A stretch of DNA of 64,000 bases. It comes from Eledone cirrhosa (taxonomy: Eukaryota). The first letter of the stretch is position 1; every line of letters begins with the position of its first letter. The stretch covers positions 330,584,001-330,648,000 of the forward strand of contig OZ024741.1 of NCBI GenBank assembly GCA_964016885.1, written 5' to 3'. The translations under genes were made by a program, and so were the position numbers. Under the pieces are notes generated by a model that saw only the letters and a list, made by a program, of their open reading frames with translations, did no database searches and was not told the origin of the DNA. Of the stretch, positions 27,705 to 41,800 are shown in pieces.

Positions 27705-27824
27705 ATCATCATCATCATCATCATCATTTTACGCCTGCTTTTCCCTGCTTGCAAGGGTGGGACGGGAACTGATTCTGGCTTGATTGCAAGGCCAATGCTC
27801 TAACCACTAAGCCATGTGCCTCCA
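27705..27824 (-). mobile_element. Internally deleted mini-SINE (A-box head fused to RTE tail)
   Basis: Reverse complement: GGAGGCACATGGCTTAGTGGTTAGAGCATTGGCCTTGC-AATC-AAGCCAGAATCAG...GTAAAA(TGA)n. Confidence 0.8.
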
Positions 27825-27836
27825 TTAAAATATATG

Positions 27837-27871
<35 letters not shown>

Positions 27872-28779
27872 ATATATATGTGGAATGTTCGGTGGGGGCA
27901 CTCTATGATAAAAGGTATTCATCCTAATATGAACACCTTTAGTACTTCTCGATAGACTACACTGTAATTTATAGATAAGATACTTAAATTTAGAAATTGT
28001 TTATAACCTTATATGATGGGAACTCATTTGAGACACCATTAATGTACTTTAGGATAATAAATTTAACTATAGAAATCAGCTAGTTACCTCCCCTTATGCA
28101 TTAACTCCCCTTAATCACACACACAGTTCCGGAATATAATACGATGTCATCTCTCACAACAAAAACAACCTGATCTATGAATCAAATTAAAGAACGACAA
28201 GCTGTGATATTCTAGCATGGTTCACCAGGCACCCAATGTTGAATCGTCGTGGATTGTGAGATGGGCATGTAGTCTATAAATTGCGTTTCCTGGATTGTGA
28301 GAGTGGTGGTGTGTACGAGGACAGTGGTGCTGTTTTGCTTCTCATTTGTAATATTTTTGATATTTTTGGTGTTTCTCCACACACGGGCTTCTATATCGTA
28401 CAGGTGTGTGTAAATAATGCTTAACCAGTTCACCCCCATAATGCTCTTGATTGCCTGCTTTGACTGCTTGTTTTACTTGTAACAATCTGCCGCACTATAA
28501 TCTTGTGTAAATAGGACACGCGTGCATGCCACACGTGTGACTGTTGCATACATTGGCAACTCCAAACTTTCCTTTTGCTTTATCTTAGTAGACTGCCAAT
28601 GTTTTATTTTATTTTAATTTTAATTTTGTCCTTTAATATGACTGTAATCTTTGTATGTAAATTACCATGCTATATTATTATAATGGATGTCAACCCACTG
28701 TGGGTCAATATATACATATGTTTCTATATGTCTCTTGTATTGAAAAGGAGGTCAAGTATGTTAAAAATCACTGAATAAT

Positions 28780-28826
28780 TGCTCCGAAGACTCCAAACCT
28801 CAGTTTGGAAGAAACAATTGTAAGCA
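28780..28826 (+). ncRNA. Degenerate minimal hammerhead ribozyme
   Basis: TGCT-CCGAAGA (one core mismatch)-CTCCAAAC-CTCA-GTTTGGAA-GAAA-CAATTG-TA-AGCA. Confidence 0.6.
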
Positions 28827-28873
28827 GATAAATGATTTAAACAGAACTTTGTTTCATGTAATCTCTCTCTCTT

Positions 28874-28905
<32 letters not shown>

Positions 28906-29304
28906 AATAAATATAATTTAGCAAGAATCGCATTTCGGCGGGTAGAAATTAGCGAAACGCAACTTCCATATTGTGCAGACAAGCGCTCCATGGCTCTGAA
29001 GAAGATACCAGAACTATAAACATAAGTTAAAATGGTCATACACGCTGAGACGATGGTTAAGAAGCCATTAAACACCATAGCCAAAAAAGCGAACAAGCTA
29101 GACGGGTTAAACAAAATGAGATATGATTGAAATATGATTGAAATATATATATGTGTGTTTATATATATATTTTGAGTATATGTTGGTTGTTTACCGACAC
29201 CCCAGTATGCAGATTGGAGCACTCGACGAAGTGCGCAAGTTGGTTTGGTTACTCCGGAGTAACATAAAATAAAATAAATAAGTCAAATATTTAAAATTTG
29301 GCTT

Positions 29305-29615
29305 CATCATTTCATTTCATTTCATTTCATTTTACGTCCGCTTTTCCCTGCTTGCAAGGGTGGGACGGGAACTGATTCTGGCTTGATTTCTACAGCTGGA
29401 TGCCCTTCCTAACACCAACCTCATTTACAGTGAGTGCTGGGTGCTTTTTTCCGTGGTGCCTACACGTCCACTTTACAGTGTGGGCTGGGTGCTTTTTTGC
29501 CGTGGCACCTCCATCACCACTTTGCAGTGGAATGATAGGGACCCCAGTCCTATTATCTCATTTCTACAGTTGAGTAAACTGGAGCAATATGAAATAATGT
29601 GTCTTGCTTAAGGAA
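29305..29615 (-). mobile_element. 5'-truncated SINE, same family as 22543-22884
   Basis: Reverse-complement match to body and tail; tail has drifted to (ATGAA)n. Confidence 0.85.
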
Positions 29616-29628
29616 GCTTCATTTATAT

Positions 29629-29662
<34 letters not shown>

Positions 29663-29834
29663 ATGTATATATAGGAAAAAGTATGACCCCGACGGCAGAG
29701 CTCAAGCCGTTTCGACGGCTATTTCCCACTCTACTACCCTAAGTATTGAGTACTCTGGTGTGTTATGGTCCATCTAGTTCCTTACCACATTTCCTTTGTT
29801 ATATGTATATATATATATATATATACATATAACT

Positions 29835-30721
29835 TTTTATCATCGTAGTGGACTACTGTATGCGCCTTGCACTGGAGAAACACCAGGACTCTGGCTTTAC
29901 TGTAGCACCGGCTCAGAGCAGGAGAGTTGGGGTGAAAAAGGTATCGGATGCTGAATTTGCCGACGACATAGTTTTGGTGACAAATACAGTGAAGGAGGCA
30001 GAGGATTTGATGCGGGAGGTTGAGACTGTGTCGATGAGTGTGGGGCTGAGAATGAATGAGACTAAAACAAAATATCTGGTAGAGAATGTTGAGAAGCCAG
30101 AGGGGATCACTAATGTAGGCGGGAAGCCGCTGGAATTGGTTGAGGACTTCCTGTATTTGGGAGCAAAGATTGGGAATACGGAAGATGATGTGGTTGAGAG
30201 GAAGATCAAGGCCTGGGCGGCGTGTCACAGCTTGAGGTCGGTGTGGAAGTCAGACCTTCGTAGAGACCTGAAAATCCGCCTCTTCATTGCTGTAGTGGAG
30301 TCTGTGCTGCTGTATGGGTCTGAGACTTGGACACTGACCAAGAGACTCACTCAGATGGTGGATGGGTGCTACACGAGAATGCTGAGGATGGCTCTGAACA
30401 TTAATCAGTATACACTGAGGATGAAAAACTCAGAGCTGTATGGGAGCATCCCAAAAGTCAGCTCAAAAGTGACACAGAGGAGACTGAGGTTGGCTGGACA
30501 TGCTCACCAACATCCAGAGTTGACATTGCACTCAGTGCTCCTTTGGGAGCCCCTACATGGACACACTAGAAGAGGAAGACCAAGGTTAACATATGTTGAT
30601 GCCCTAAGGACAGACACTGGTCTGTTGGAGTTGCAGGATATGGCAGCGATAATGAGGGACAGAGACCGCTGGAGAGAACTCGTCCATGGATCTCGGGAAT
30701 TTTACCCGCCTTAGATAGATA

Positions 30722-30725
<4 letters not shown>
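29835..30725 (+). mobile_element. 5'-truncated RTE-like LINE family C (no PHD insert), (GATA)n tail
   Basis: EFADD, KTKY, FLYLG, LLYGSETW, RRLRLAGH, GRPR; stop followed by ATAGATAGAT. Confidence 0.88.
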
Positions 30726-32170
<1,445 letters not shown>

Positions 32171-32287
32171 GGCCGCTAACAGTGAGAGAGTGAGTGTGTG
32201 TCTCCACTTTTATAGAGGATACGGTGGTGTGCGCCAGGCCAAGGAAGAGTTATTACAGCTTGATTTCACTAAAGTTTATCTAGCGAA

Positions 32288-33229
32288 ATGGACTGCATGC
32301 AGGAAAAAGGTGAAATCAGGAGTCAACGAAACTGGTCAAAGATGGAACTAGCGGTTTTGATCAAGGGGTGGACCATGGCTGATGGGTCTCCACCAAGCAA
32401 AAAGATGGCGGAGAACCTGAAGAGCCATGGGTTTCTGAGGACCCTGGCACAGATAGAGAGAAAGAGAAAAGAAATTGAGAAGGCGTATGTCCTCATAGCG
32501 CCACATATGGCGATGCTAAGCCGTGTCCTCAGGGAGGAGAAAACCGAAGGGAGGGATGAGGAGAAGGAGAGGGAAAAGGAAGAGGAAAAAGAAAAGGAGG
32601 AGAGCACAAGCACGGACCTGAAAGAAAATGATATACCCTCCACCACAAGCAGGGAGGGCAGGCCGGGCAACCAACAAGCTAAGGGCAAAGGTGAAAAGCA
32701 AAATCACCTTCCGAAGGAGAACCAAGCGTAGAGGGACCAGTGGACAACTGTTCAAAGGAAGAACAGAAAGCACCGAGATAATGGGAGCAAAAAACCCCAA
32801 GTAATGTGCAAGTTTTTCAAGAACGGGACATGCTGGCATGGAGAGACAGGGATGGGATGCAGATTCGCCCACCCTAGGTCTCAAACGAACTATGCCCATC
32901 ATACTCGCGCAACATGCCCCAGCCAAAGCCGAAATAAGCCGCTCCAGAAGTATGCTGATGTCGCGCGTGCTGCACCAACAAGGAGAAGGCACGCACATGC
33001 CGACGAGATACAGATGGCAGCAGCAGATCAGAAAAATTTTTTAGTGATGGCAGAGAAGATTGTGGGACAGCTGACCTGGCTGCATCGTCTCCAGAGCCAG
33101 GGTCATCCACACCAGCACTCGAGACCACCGCAGTTAAGGGACCCAGAGTGGCCGCCGCTGACACCAAACCAGGTGTCATACCGACAGCCATTACTGGCAC
33201 CCCAAAAGTCACACCAGTGCTGCTGCTGA
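32288..33229 (+). pseudogene. LINE ORF1 (Myb/SANT-like N-terminus + CCCH finger) with one in-frame TAG at 32729
   Basis: ORFs 32288-32731 and 32804-33229 are in the same frame. NWSKMELAVLIKGW...GFLRTLAQIERKRKEIEKAY; CKFFKNGTCWHGETGMGCRFAH. Confidence 0.7.
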
Positions 33230-36156
33230 ATGTCAGGGGCCTGGTGAAACTCAGCAACATGAGTAAAATTTCCTACCTGGGAGACTTAGCCATAAGCAAT
33301 CAAGCACTATGCATGGCACTAACCGAAACGCACCTGACAAGCAGTATAGCAGATGCAGAAATACATATACCGAAATATACTGTATTTCGGTCGGACAGGA
33401 AGGAGAGAACTCATGGTGGGGTTGCTCTGTATATCCATGAAGATGTCACACCAATTGTACTGTTGACACATTCAAACTCAGTCTGTGACACACTGATAAT
33501 ACATATGAAGCAACTACAGACAGTAATATGTGTCACATATCGGCCGCCCGATGCCCCCAGTCATGAGGGTAAATTTGAGGATAGCCTAAGTAGGATAGAA
33601 GAGGTCCTTGACAAACTGGACCAGGGTCTCAACATCCTACTGCTGGGAGACTTCAACCTACCAAAGGTCAAATGGCCTGAGGGCCACCTCCTCCCTGGAA
33701 TGACGTCAATAGAACAGAGACAGACGGAATCCCTGCTGGCCCTCACACACAGGCTGTTCATGGAGCAAGCAATACTCCTCCCAACAAGAGGCGAAAATGT
33801 CTTGGACCTCTGTTTTACAAACAACGAAGTGCTCATCCACAATGTAAAGGTGACACCAACAATTCTCTCGGATCGTAACTTAGTAGAGCTAATGATATGT
33901 GGTCCAAGAGACCCAACAGAGACAAAACCACCAAGAAGCTCCGGGACACTATCCAACCTTAACTTCTACAAGGCTAACTGGAAAAAGATTAAGAGTGAAA
34001 TCCGGAAGCAAACATGGAGTGAAAACACCGCCACACAAGACACTAACACACAATTTCAACACTTCATGACAACGATACACACCATATGCAAAAAGTGTGT
34101 CCCGGAGAAAGAGGCAAACAGACACAAAAATCTTATTCCCAGAGATAGGAAAATCCTTATGAGACGTAGAACTAAACTCTCAAACCAGTTGAATAGTCAA
34201 CAAAACAAAAACAAGAAGGAATCCTATTTGAAACGTGCACTACTTGACACCGAGATTGCACTCAAACTTTCACATGAGAATGAGAGGGCAAAGAAAGAGA
34301 ACAGGGCCATAGAAAACATTAAAACAAACCCTAAGGCCTTCTTTAAATTTGCAAAAGAAACTGCCTCAGTACACTGCAAGATTGGGCCACTCTTCCACAC
34401 GGACGGTTCATTAACCGAAAATCCCCAAGAGATATGTGAAATACTGAACGAACAGTACAAAAGTGTGTTCACATGTCCACTGAGGCACATGCAAATAACG
34501 AAGCCAGAGGAGTTCTTTGATGCCACAACACTACATCAAGAAATGGCAACCATCAACCACATAGACATAACGGAGGAGGATGTGGTGTACGCCATTGATG
34601 AAATTAGAACAGACTCGGCTGCTGGACCTGATGGATTCCCAGCAGTTCTCCTAAAAATATGTAAGCGGGCTTTAGCAACTCCACTGAAGATGCTCTTCAG
34701 AAGCTCCTTGGCTAGCGGTGTACTACCCAGGGAGCTGAAAGAAGGCACAATATGCCCTATCCATAAAGGAGGTAGTAGAGCGGAGGCCAAGAACTATAGG
34801 CCAGTCTCCCTGACGTCGCATATCAGTAAGGTCATGGAGCGAGTCGTCAGAAAGAAACTAATCACTTTCCTCGAAGAAAATGACCGCCTGACTAGCACGC
34901 AACATGGCTTCCGCCCAGGAAGAAGCTGCCTTACACAGCTGCTACATCACTACGACTGGGTACTGAGACAACTACTAGACAGCTCACATGTGGACGTGAT
35001 ATATCTTGACTTTGCGAAGGCCTTTGACAAGGTCGACCACGGAATGATATGTCACAAACTACACGGACTCGGCATAACTGGAAAAGTAGGTGAGTGGCTG
35101 CATGGCTTCCTAAGGGACAGAAGCCAGGCAGTCGCAGCAAATGGGGCCCTCTCGAGGGAAACACCGATAACAAGTGGGGTGCCCCAGGGGACAGTCCTGG
35201 GACCACTACTGTTTTTGGTGGCTCTCTCGGACATGCCCTCTGTGGTGCATGCAACAACATCCCTCACTAGCTATGCTGATGACACTAAGGTAGCACAGGC
35301 AATCAAAAACCCGGCTGACGCTGCCCTTTTACAGCAGGATCTGGATGCCATATACAGATGGGCGGAAGAAAACAACATGCAGTTTAATGCTGGCAAATTC
35401 CAAGCCCTACAATACAAACCTGCAAACACAAATATAGTGGAACACAGCTACACAGGACCAGGAGGGAGCGATATCCCCGTGTCAAAATCGATACGAGACC
35501 TGGGCAGAGACATGAGCGATGATGCATCTTTTTCTTCACACATCATGAAGGTGCCGACAATATGTAGACGATTCGCTGGCTGGATCTTGAGGACTTTCCT
35601 TACAAGAGATCGAGACACCATGTTGACACTGTGGGGGACTTTTGTCCTAAGCCGCCTGGACTACTGCTCCCAGCTGTGGTCACCCCATAGTGTCAAACTA
35701 ACCACGGAGCTTGAGGCAATCCAGATGAGGGAGACAAGCTACTGGGAGAGGCTAAAGGAACTGAACCTCTACTCCTTGGAGCGAAGATGGGAGAGATACG
35801 CAGTGATCTACATGTGGAAAATCCTGGAGGGACTAGCACCAAACTTTGGCATTGGGAGCTGGACTAACCGTCAAACAGGACGTCACTGTATGGTGCCAAA
35901 GGTCCCGTCTTCCACATCTAGAATAAGGAGCAGGTATTGCAATAGCCTGGGATTCAAGGGCCCTCAACTCTTCAACAGGCTGCCGAGGCATCTGAGAGAC
36001 TTCCATGACGTGGAGGTGGATGTCTTTAAGAAACATCTCGACACCTTGTTATCCAGGATCCCGGATGAGCCCACAGCAAGACACGAGGGAAACCTAACGG
36101 CAGCAGCAACAAACTCCCTCCTACACCAGTGGCCAACCTATACAGGCTGGAGATAA
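33037..36156 (+). CDS. LINE ORF2 APE + RT, no AUG before endonuclease motif I
   Basis: [46 protein letters not shown] replaces SDH and there is a short deletion near 35725, so probably inactive. Start is placed at the slippery site (inference). Confidence 0.85.
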   Translation, partial: FFSDGREDCGTADLAASSPEPGSSTPALETTAVKGPRVAAADTKPGVIPTAITGTPKVTPVLLLNVRGLVKLSNMSKISYLGDLAISNQALCMALTETHLTSSIADAEIHIPKYTVFRSDRKERTHGGVALYIHEDVTPIVLLTHSNSVCDTLIIHMKQLQTVICVTYRPPDAPSHEGKFEDSLSRIEEVLDKLDQGLNILLLGDFNLPKVKWPEGHLLPGMTSIEQRQTESLLALTHRLFMEQAILLPTRGENVLDLCFTNNEVLIHNVKVTPTILSDRNLVELMICGPRDPTETKPPRSSGTLSNLNFYKANWKKIKSEIRKQTWSENTATQDTNTQFQHFMTTIHTICKKCVPEKEANRHKNLIPRDRKILMRRRTKLSNQLNSQQNKNKKESYLKRALLDTEIALKLSHENERAKKENRAIENIKTNPKAFFKFAKETASVHCKIGPLFHTDGSLTENPQEICEILNEQYKSVFTCPLRHMQITKPEEFFDATTLHQEMATINHIDITEEDVVYAIDEIRTDSAAGPDGFPAVLLKICKRALATPLKMLFRSSLASGVLPRELKEGTICPIHKGGSRAEAKNYRPVSLTSHISKVMERVVRKKLITFLEENDRLTSTQHGFRPGRSCLTQLLHHYDWVLRQLLDSSHVDVIYLDFAKAFDKVDHGMICHKLHGLGITGKVGEWLHGFLRDRSQAVAANGALSRETPITSGVPQGTVLGPLLFLVALSDMPSVVHATTSLTSYADDTKVAQAIKNPADAALLQQDLDAIYRWAEENNMQFNAGKFQALQYKPANTNIVEHSYTGPGGSDIPVSKSIRDLGRDMSDDASFSSHIMKVPTICRRFAGWILRTFLTRDRDTMLTLWGTFVLSRLDYCSQLWSPHSVKLTTELEAIQMRETSYWERLKELNLYSLERRWERYAVIYMWKILEGLAPNFGIGSWTNRQTGRHCMVPKVPSSTSRIRSRYCNSLGFKGPQLFNRLPRHLRDFHDVEVDVFKKHLDTLLSRIPDEPTARHEGNLTAAATNSLLHQWPTYTGWR

Positions 36157-36229
36157 AATGTGTAGCAACAAGAGCGGTGCCCCAGCATGGCCTCAGCCGG
36201 ATGGCTGAATCAGGTAAAAGAGTAAAAGA

Positions 36230-36280
36230 GTATATATATGTATATATACATATGTATATATATATATGTATATATATATG

Positions 36281-36311
<31 letters not shown>

Positions 36312-36630
36312 GTATATATATATGTATATATATATATATGTGTATGTATATATATATGTATATATATATATATGTGTATGTATATATATATGTATATATA
36401 TATATGTGTATGTATATATATATATATATGTGTATGTATATATATATATATGTGTATGTATATATATATATATATATGTGTATGTATATATATATATATA
36501 TGTGTATATATATATGTATATATATATGTATATATATGTGTATATATGTGTATATATATGTGTATATATGTGTATATATGTGTATATATATGTGTATATA
36601 TGTATATATATATGTATATATATGTGTATA
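36230..36630. repeat. (TA)/(TG) compound microsatellite
   Basis: Visible array. Confidence 0.97.
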
Positions 36631-37900
36631 TCATCATCCTCATCATCATCATCGTTTAACGTCCGTGTTCCACGCTTGCATGGGTTTGGATGGGGGTTTT
36701 CCCACTTGAGGCAAGAGTGGTTATCTTGCTCGCATAGGACTATCTGGCGGGTTTTCTACAGCTGGATGCCCTTCCTAACACCAACCACATTTACAGTGTG
36801 GGACTGGAGGTTTTTACCGTGTTGCCTACACGGCCACATTACAGCGTGAACTGTGTTTTTTTTACGTGACACCTACACGATCTCATTTGTTTCGGCCTGG
36901 ATGTTGTGGCACCAACATAACTTTACATTGAAAGGGGCGGTGTGGATGGGGTGGGGGTGGTGGGACGGGGGTGTATTTTGTTAGAGATGCCTACTGACTG
37001 TAGTAGGTTTTACTTTGTATTTAGGTAAGGCGGGTCTTCTCTATTACTGAGTACCGCCAAAGGTCTCGGTCCAGTGACATTGTCTTGGTGAGGTGTAAGT
37101 GTGTGAAGTCGGAATTTATCAGCTCGTCCCAGGTTTTTCTGGGTCTGCCTATTCCGTGGCTACCGTCTATCTTTATTGCCCTGCACTTTGTTATACAGCT
37201 ATCGTCCTTCATGCGCATCACGTGACCATACCAACGTAGCCTTCTCTCGAGTAAACAACATCTGATCCCTCTTATTTCTAATTTTTTCCTTAGTTCGTTT
37301 ATGCTTTGCCGTTCACGTATATTACTATTACACATCCAGCGGAGCATGCAAGCTTCGTTTCTCTCTAGTCTGCGTATATCCTCTGCACACAATGCCCAGG
37401 TCTCACTGCGATGCAACATTGCTGTTCGTATGCAGGCATCGTACAACCTGCCTTTCATTTTTAGGGAGAACCCTTTAGCGGCTAATAGCGGTATAAGCTC
37501 TCTGAACTTTTTCCATCCAGTTCTGACTCTAGCTACTGTACTTTCAGAGCACCCTCCCCCACTGCTGATTTTGTCACCCAGGTAACGGAAGCTGTCCACT
37601 ATTTCTATAGAACCCTCTGCACAGTTGAAAGAGCTAGTATTTTGTGGGCACTTGCTGCTACTTATTGCACCAGAGCACCGGCCACATGTAAAATCTATGT
37701 TCTTAGTTAGCTTACCTGTGATCCCACTACATCTTTTATGCACCCATACTTTGCATTTGGGACACAAAATGGAGTTTCTACCTACGCCTTTCCTACACAC
37801 TGAGCATGGCCACTTCCCGGAAGGGACCGCCGCCTTATTTTCTTTCTTACAACCTAGAACTTTAGTCTTAGCCAGGTTAATTTTAAGGCCTTTTGATTCT
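36631..37900 (-). mobile_element. RTE LINE family A, 5'-truncated (copy 5)
   Basis: ORF 37021-37956 ESKGLKINLAKTK...EKTRLT; reverse-complement 3' UTR and (CAT)n. Confidence 0.92.
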
Positions 37901-38593
37901 TTATATTGATATATGTGTATATATATATATATCAAATAGTAGAGTTGAAAACTCACAATAATGCCATATGATCCAAGGAGTTCCAGGAAGGGAGACCGAA
38001 CATTTTATAAATCATAGTAATGAGTGAAAGACACATAATAAACTATATCAGACAATAGGGGATAAAATACCACCCTGGTTAAGCATAAGGTATTTTATCC
38101 CCTATTATTTGATATAATTTATGTGTCTTTCTCTCATTACTATGATTATATATATAAGCAAGTATTGCACCAAGAAAACTATAAACGTTGGTGTGAAGGT
38201 GATTATGAATTTATTTTCCTTAACATATGTTTCTGTGTCTATTATAATTGTCTACATATTCTGACTACAATATATATTGTTCAATCATACGCAATACTTA
38301 ATTATTTATCACACTTTATCAGAAAGCCTATAATAGTTTAGGGATTCATGTTTATTTTTAAAATAAAATTTAGTAAGAAAAAAAATGTAGTGGGTAATAA
38401 AAGGAAAGAAAGAATAGTGAAATATAGAAAAAAAAAGTGAGAAAGAAAGAAAAAGAACAGGAAGGAGAAGGGATGGCAAGAGCTCTGGTGTGTTTAGGGA
38501 TTGTAATGTCAAGTTTACTGTAGGTTCACCAAAGTGAGCACCCAATGCATAGTCTCCAGTATGTATTTTGGTGTTGTGCTAAGCAGAGTGTAA

Positions 38594-41500
38594 TCATCAT
38601 CATCATCATCATCATCATTTTACGTCCGCTTTTCCCTGCTTGCAAGGGTGGGACGGGTCTTATTCAGCACAGTATCTCTCCACTCGTCACGGTCCCTCGT
38701 CATCTCCACCGTGAGCTTCAATGATCTGAGGTCTGTTCTCACCACCTCCGCCCATGTTTTTCGTGGTGTACCTCTACCACGTCTTCCTTCAACTGGCAAT
38801 TCCTGGCACTTCTTCACCCATCGAACATCCTCCATGCGCATCACATGTCCATACCACCTCAGTCTCCTCTCCCGTACACTACATTCTATCCCTCTCAGAC
38901 ACAGTTTCTCTCTCAACACATTTATGCTGGGTCGTTCACGCACATTTATACTGCACATCCAATGGAGTATGCTTGCCTCATTTCTCTCCAGTCGTCGCAT
39001 ATCCTCTGCAGTTGCTGCCCATGTCTCACTACCATGCAGCATCGCGCTCCTCACACAGGCATCATACAACCGGCCTTTCGTACGCAGGGAGAAACCCTTC
39101 TTCGTCAACAGAGGAAGCAGCTCCCTAAACTTCTTCCAACCCGTCCTTATTCTAGATACTATGGCCTCGGAACACCCTCCTCCCATGCTAATCTGATCTC
39201 CTAGGTACCGGAAGCTATCCACCACTTCTATAGCACCCCCTTGCATTTGAAAAATGTGTCTATCAGTGCGACTTCTACTGTCTAATTTCCCTGTACATCT
39301 ACTGCATATATACTTCTCCCTACCTGTTAGTTTGCCTGCTATCCCGCTACATCTCTTGTGTACCCAGGATCTGCATTGTGTGCATTTTATAGAATTTATG
39401 CCAGTTCCTTTTCTGCATATCGAACATTGCCATTTCCCTGACGGAATCAGAGTTTTGTCCTCTTTTCTACTCATCAACACTTTTGTCTTAGCTAGATTCA
39501 CTCTCAGTCCTCTTGCTTCCAACTGCTGTTTCCATAGCCGGAATTTATTCTCTAGCTCCTCTACTGATTCTGCCATAAGAGCCAGATCGTCAGCATAGAG
39601 AAGTTCCCATGGACAGCCAGTCTTAAACTCCTCTGTTATGGCTTGGAGGACTATAATGAACAAGAGCGGGCTGAGGACCGAACCCTGATGTACTCCTACT
39701 TGTATCTGGAATTCCTCACTAAACTCCATTCCTACCCTGACTTTACTGAGAGTACCTCTGTACAAAGTTTGCACTGTCCTCACAAGCCATTCCTCAACAC
39801 CTAGCTTCCTTAGAAGATCGGGGTACCCTATCAAAGGCCTTCTCTAGGTCAACAAAGGCTAAGTATAGTGGCTTATTCTTCTCTAAGAACCTCTCTTGCA
39901 ATTGTCTCACCAAGAAGAGGGCATCTGTTGTACTCTTCCCAGGCACAAAACCAAACTGCATCTCATCTAGTTTGACCCTTTCTCTAATTAGTTGTGCTAA
40001 AATCCTTTCTGCCACTTTCATAACCTGATCTATCAGTTTTATACCCGTATAATTGCTCCTCTCCAAAGCATCCCTTTTACCTTTGTAGCAATTTATGAGA
40101 ATACTGCTGCACCAGTCTTTGGGTATGACACCACCATATATAGCCTGATTGATGATGCGTGCAACCAGTTTAGTGCCTACGTCCCCTGATGCCTTCAGCA
40201 TCTCAGCAACTATTCCCGATGGTCCGGCAGCCTTACCATTTTTCATTTCCCTAATCGCCTCTTGGACCCTATATTTGTCAATCTCAATAGCTGGTCCCTC
40301 TGTCGGATCCACCAAGGGTAATTTCTCTCTCTCCCATTCGTTCTCCACATTCATCAGTCTCTCATAATGACATTTCCAGGCCTCCTTTTTCTGATCATTC
40401 GTGACACTAAGTACACCGGCATCATCCCGGACACATTTATCTCCAACAACATCCTGATTTGCATTGACACACTGCTTTGCAATGTGGAACACTGCATGCC
40501 TCTGATCTTCCCGTCGCAGAACATTGGCAAACCTCCTACTCTCTGCCTCCCTGCGTGCTAAGTACACCTGACGTCTAGCTTCTCTCTTAGTGGCTGTATA
40601 TTCTTCCCTACTCCCACCCTTATTCCAAGCCTTCCATGCTAGTCTTTTGTCTCTAATAGCCTTATCTACTGTGCTGTTCCACCACCAGGTCACTCTCTGT
40701 CTGGTTGGAGCTCTGCTCTAGCGACACGTTTCATCAGTAGCCTGCAGCAAGTTGTCACGTAAGAAATTCCAGTTATTATCTATGTCATACGTCTCTAAAT
40801 CGTCTTCTTTTTCGTCATATACATCTTGAAAGGCTTTCCTAAATTTGTATTTTAGTGAAAGGTCTTTTAGCTTCCAGACCTTTCTTCTCCACACCTTCCT
40901 ATATGTCTCATTCCATCTCTTGCTTACTGAGATATCACTAACAACTAACCTATGCTGTGGGGTACATTCTTCCCCAGGGTATGCCTTGGTATTAGACACT
41001 ATCTGCCTGTCCCGCTGCCTAACTAGCAGGAAGTCAATCTGGCTTATGTGCTCACCAGATTTGTAGGTTATTAGGTGATTGGCAGGTTTCTGGAAGTTTG
41101 TGTTGCAAATAGTCAATGTACTTGCATCACAAAATTCAAGAAGTCTCACTCCTTCTTCATTTCTTGAACCGTAACCGTGCCCACCATGTACCCCAATGTA
41201 ACCATCCTGGAGCTGTCCAACATGACCATTGAAGTCTCCTGCTAGCATAACGATGTCTCCGTCCTCTGTCATTGCGGTTGTTTGCAAAAGTTGCTCATAA
41301 AAGCAGTCTTTCTCATCTTTGCCTAGGCCTGCTTGGGGAGCATAGGCCGAGATGATTGTCAATAGTCTCCTACCTACAACTAATCTAAGCTTAATTATTC
41401 GATTACTAACTCGAACTACCTCTATTGTCTTATTGATCCATTTCTCAGCCAGGAAAATGCCTACTCCCCCTAGCCCATCATCCTTACCTACCCAGAATAG

Positions 41501-41800
41501 CTTATAGCTAAGACGCTTGCCTACGACTAGTCTCGCAGAGGCACCTCTCCATCTCACCTCTTGCACGCAGCACACATCCACCTGCCTTCTCTCCAGCATC
41601 TCCGCTATTTCAGCAGATCTACCTCTGAGAGTGCCAACATTAAGTGTTGCAACTCTGAGATGCGACGTCTTCATATTTTGTTGTTGTTCCTATCTGTTGC
41701 TGTGCTGATAAGCGTTTTGGCATTGATACACTGGTTGGATGCCCTTCCTAACACCAGCGCCACTTTACAGCATGGACTGGGTGCTTTTATTTGTGCCACC
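38594..41800 (-). mobile_element. Near-full-length RTE LINE family B (APE + RT + PHD), one stop and one frameshift
   Basis: MKTSHLRVATLNVGT..., ORFs 40718-41674, 39794-40693, 38620-39834; the ORF ends inside the 3' tail, followed by (ATG)n. Confidence 0.92.

Larger units (their letters stand above)
32171..36230 (+). mobile_element. Full-length CR1-group LINE (second family) in (TA)n, mildly decayed
   Basis: ORF1 + ORF2 (APE, RT with YADD); 3' hairpin TCAGCC-GGAT-GGCTGA; tandem GTAAAAGA tail. Confidence 0.92.

Noticed and set aside
32729-32731. Programmed stop-codon readthrough in ORF1
   Set aside because: The copy has other lesions and the context TAG-AGG is not a typical readthrough signal; a nonsense mutation is simpler unless the consensus shares it.
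33215-33229. Cys-rich C-termini of both ORF1s (CCC*, CCH*) as a lipidation signal
   Set aside because: Explained by overlap with Leu codons (CTG/TTG) in the ORF2 frame.
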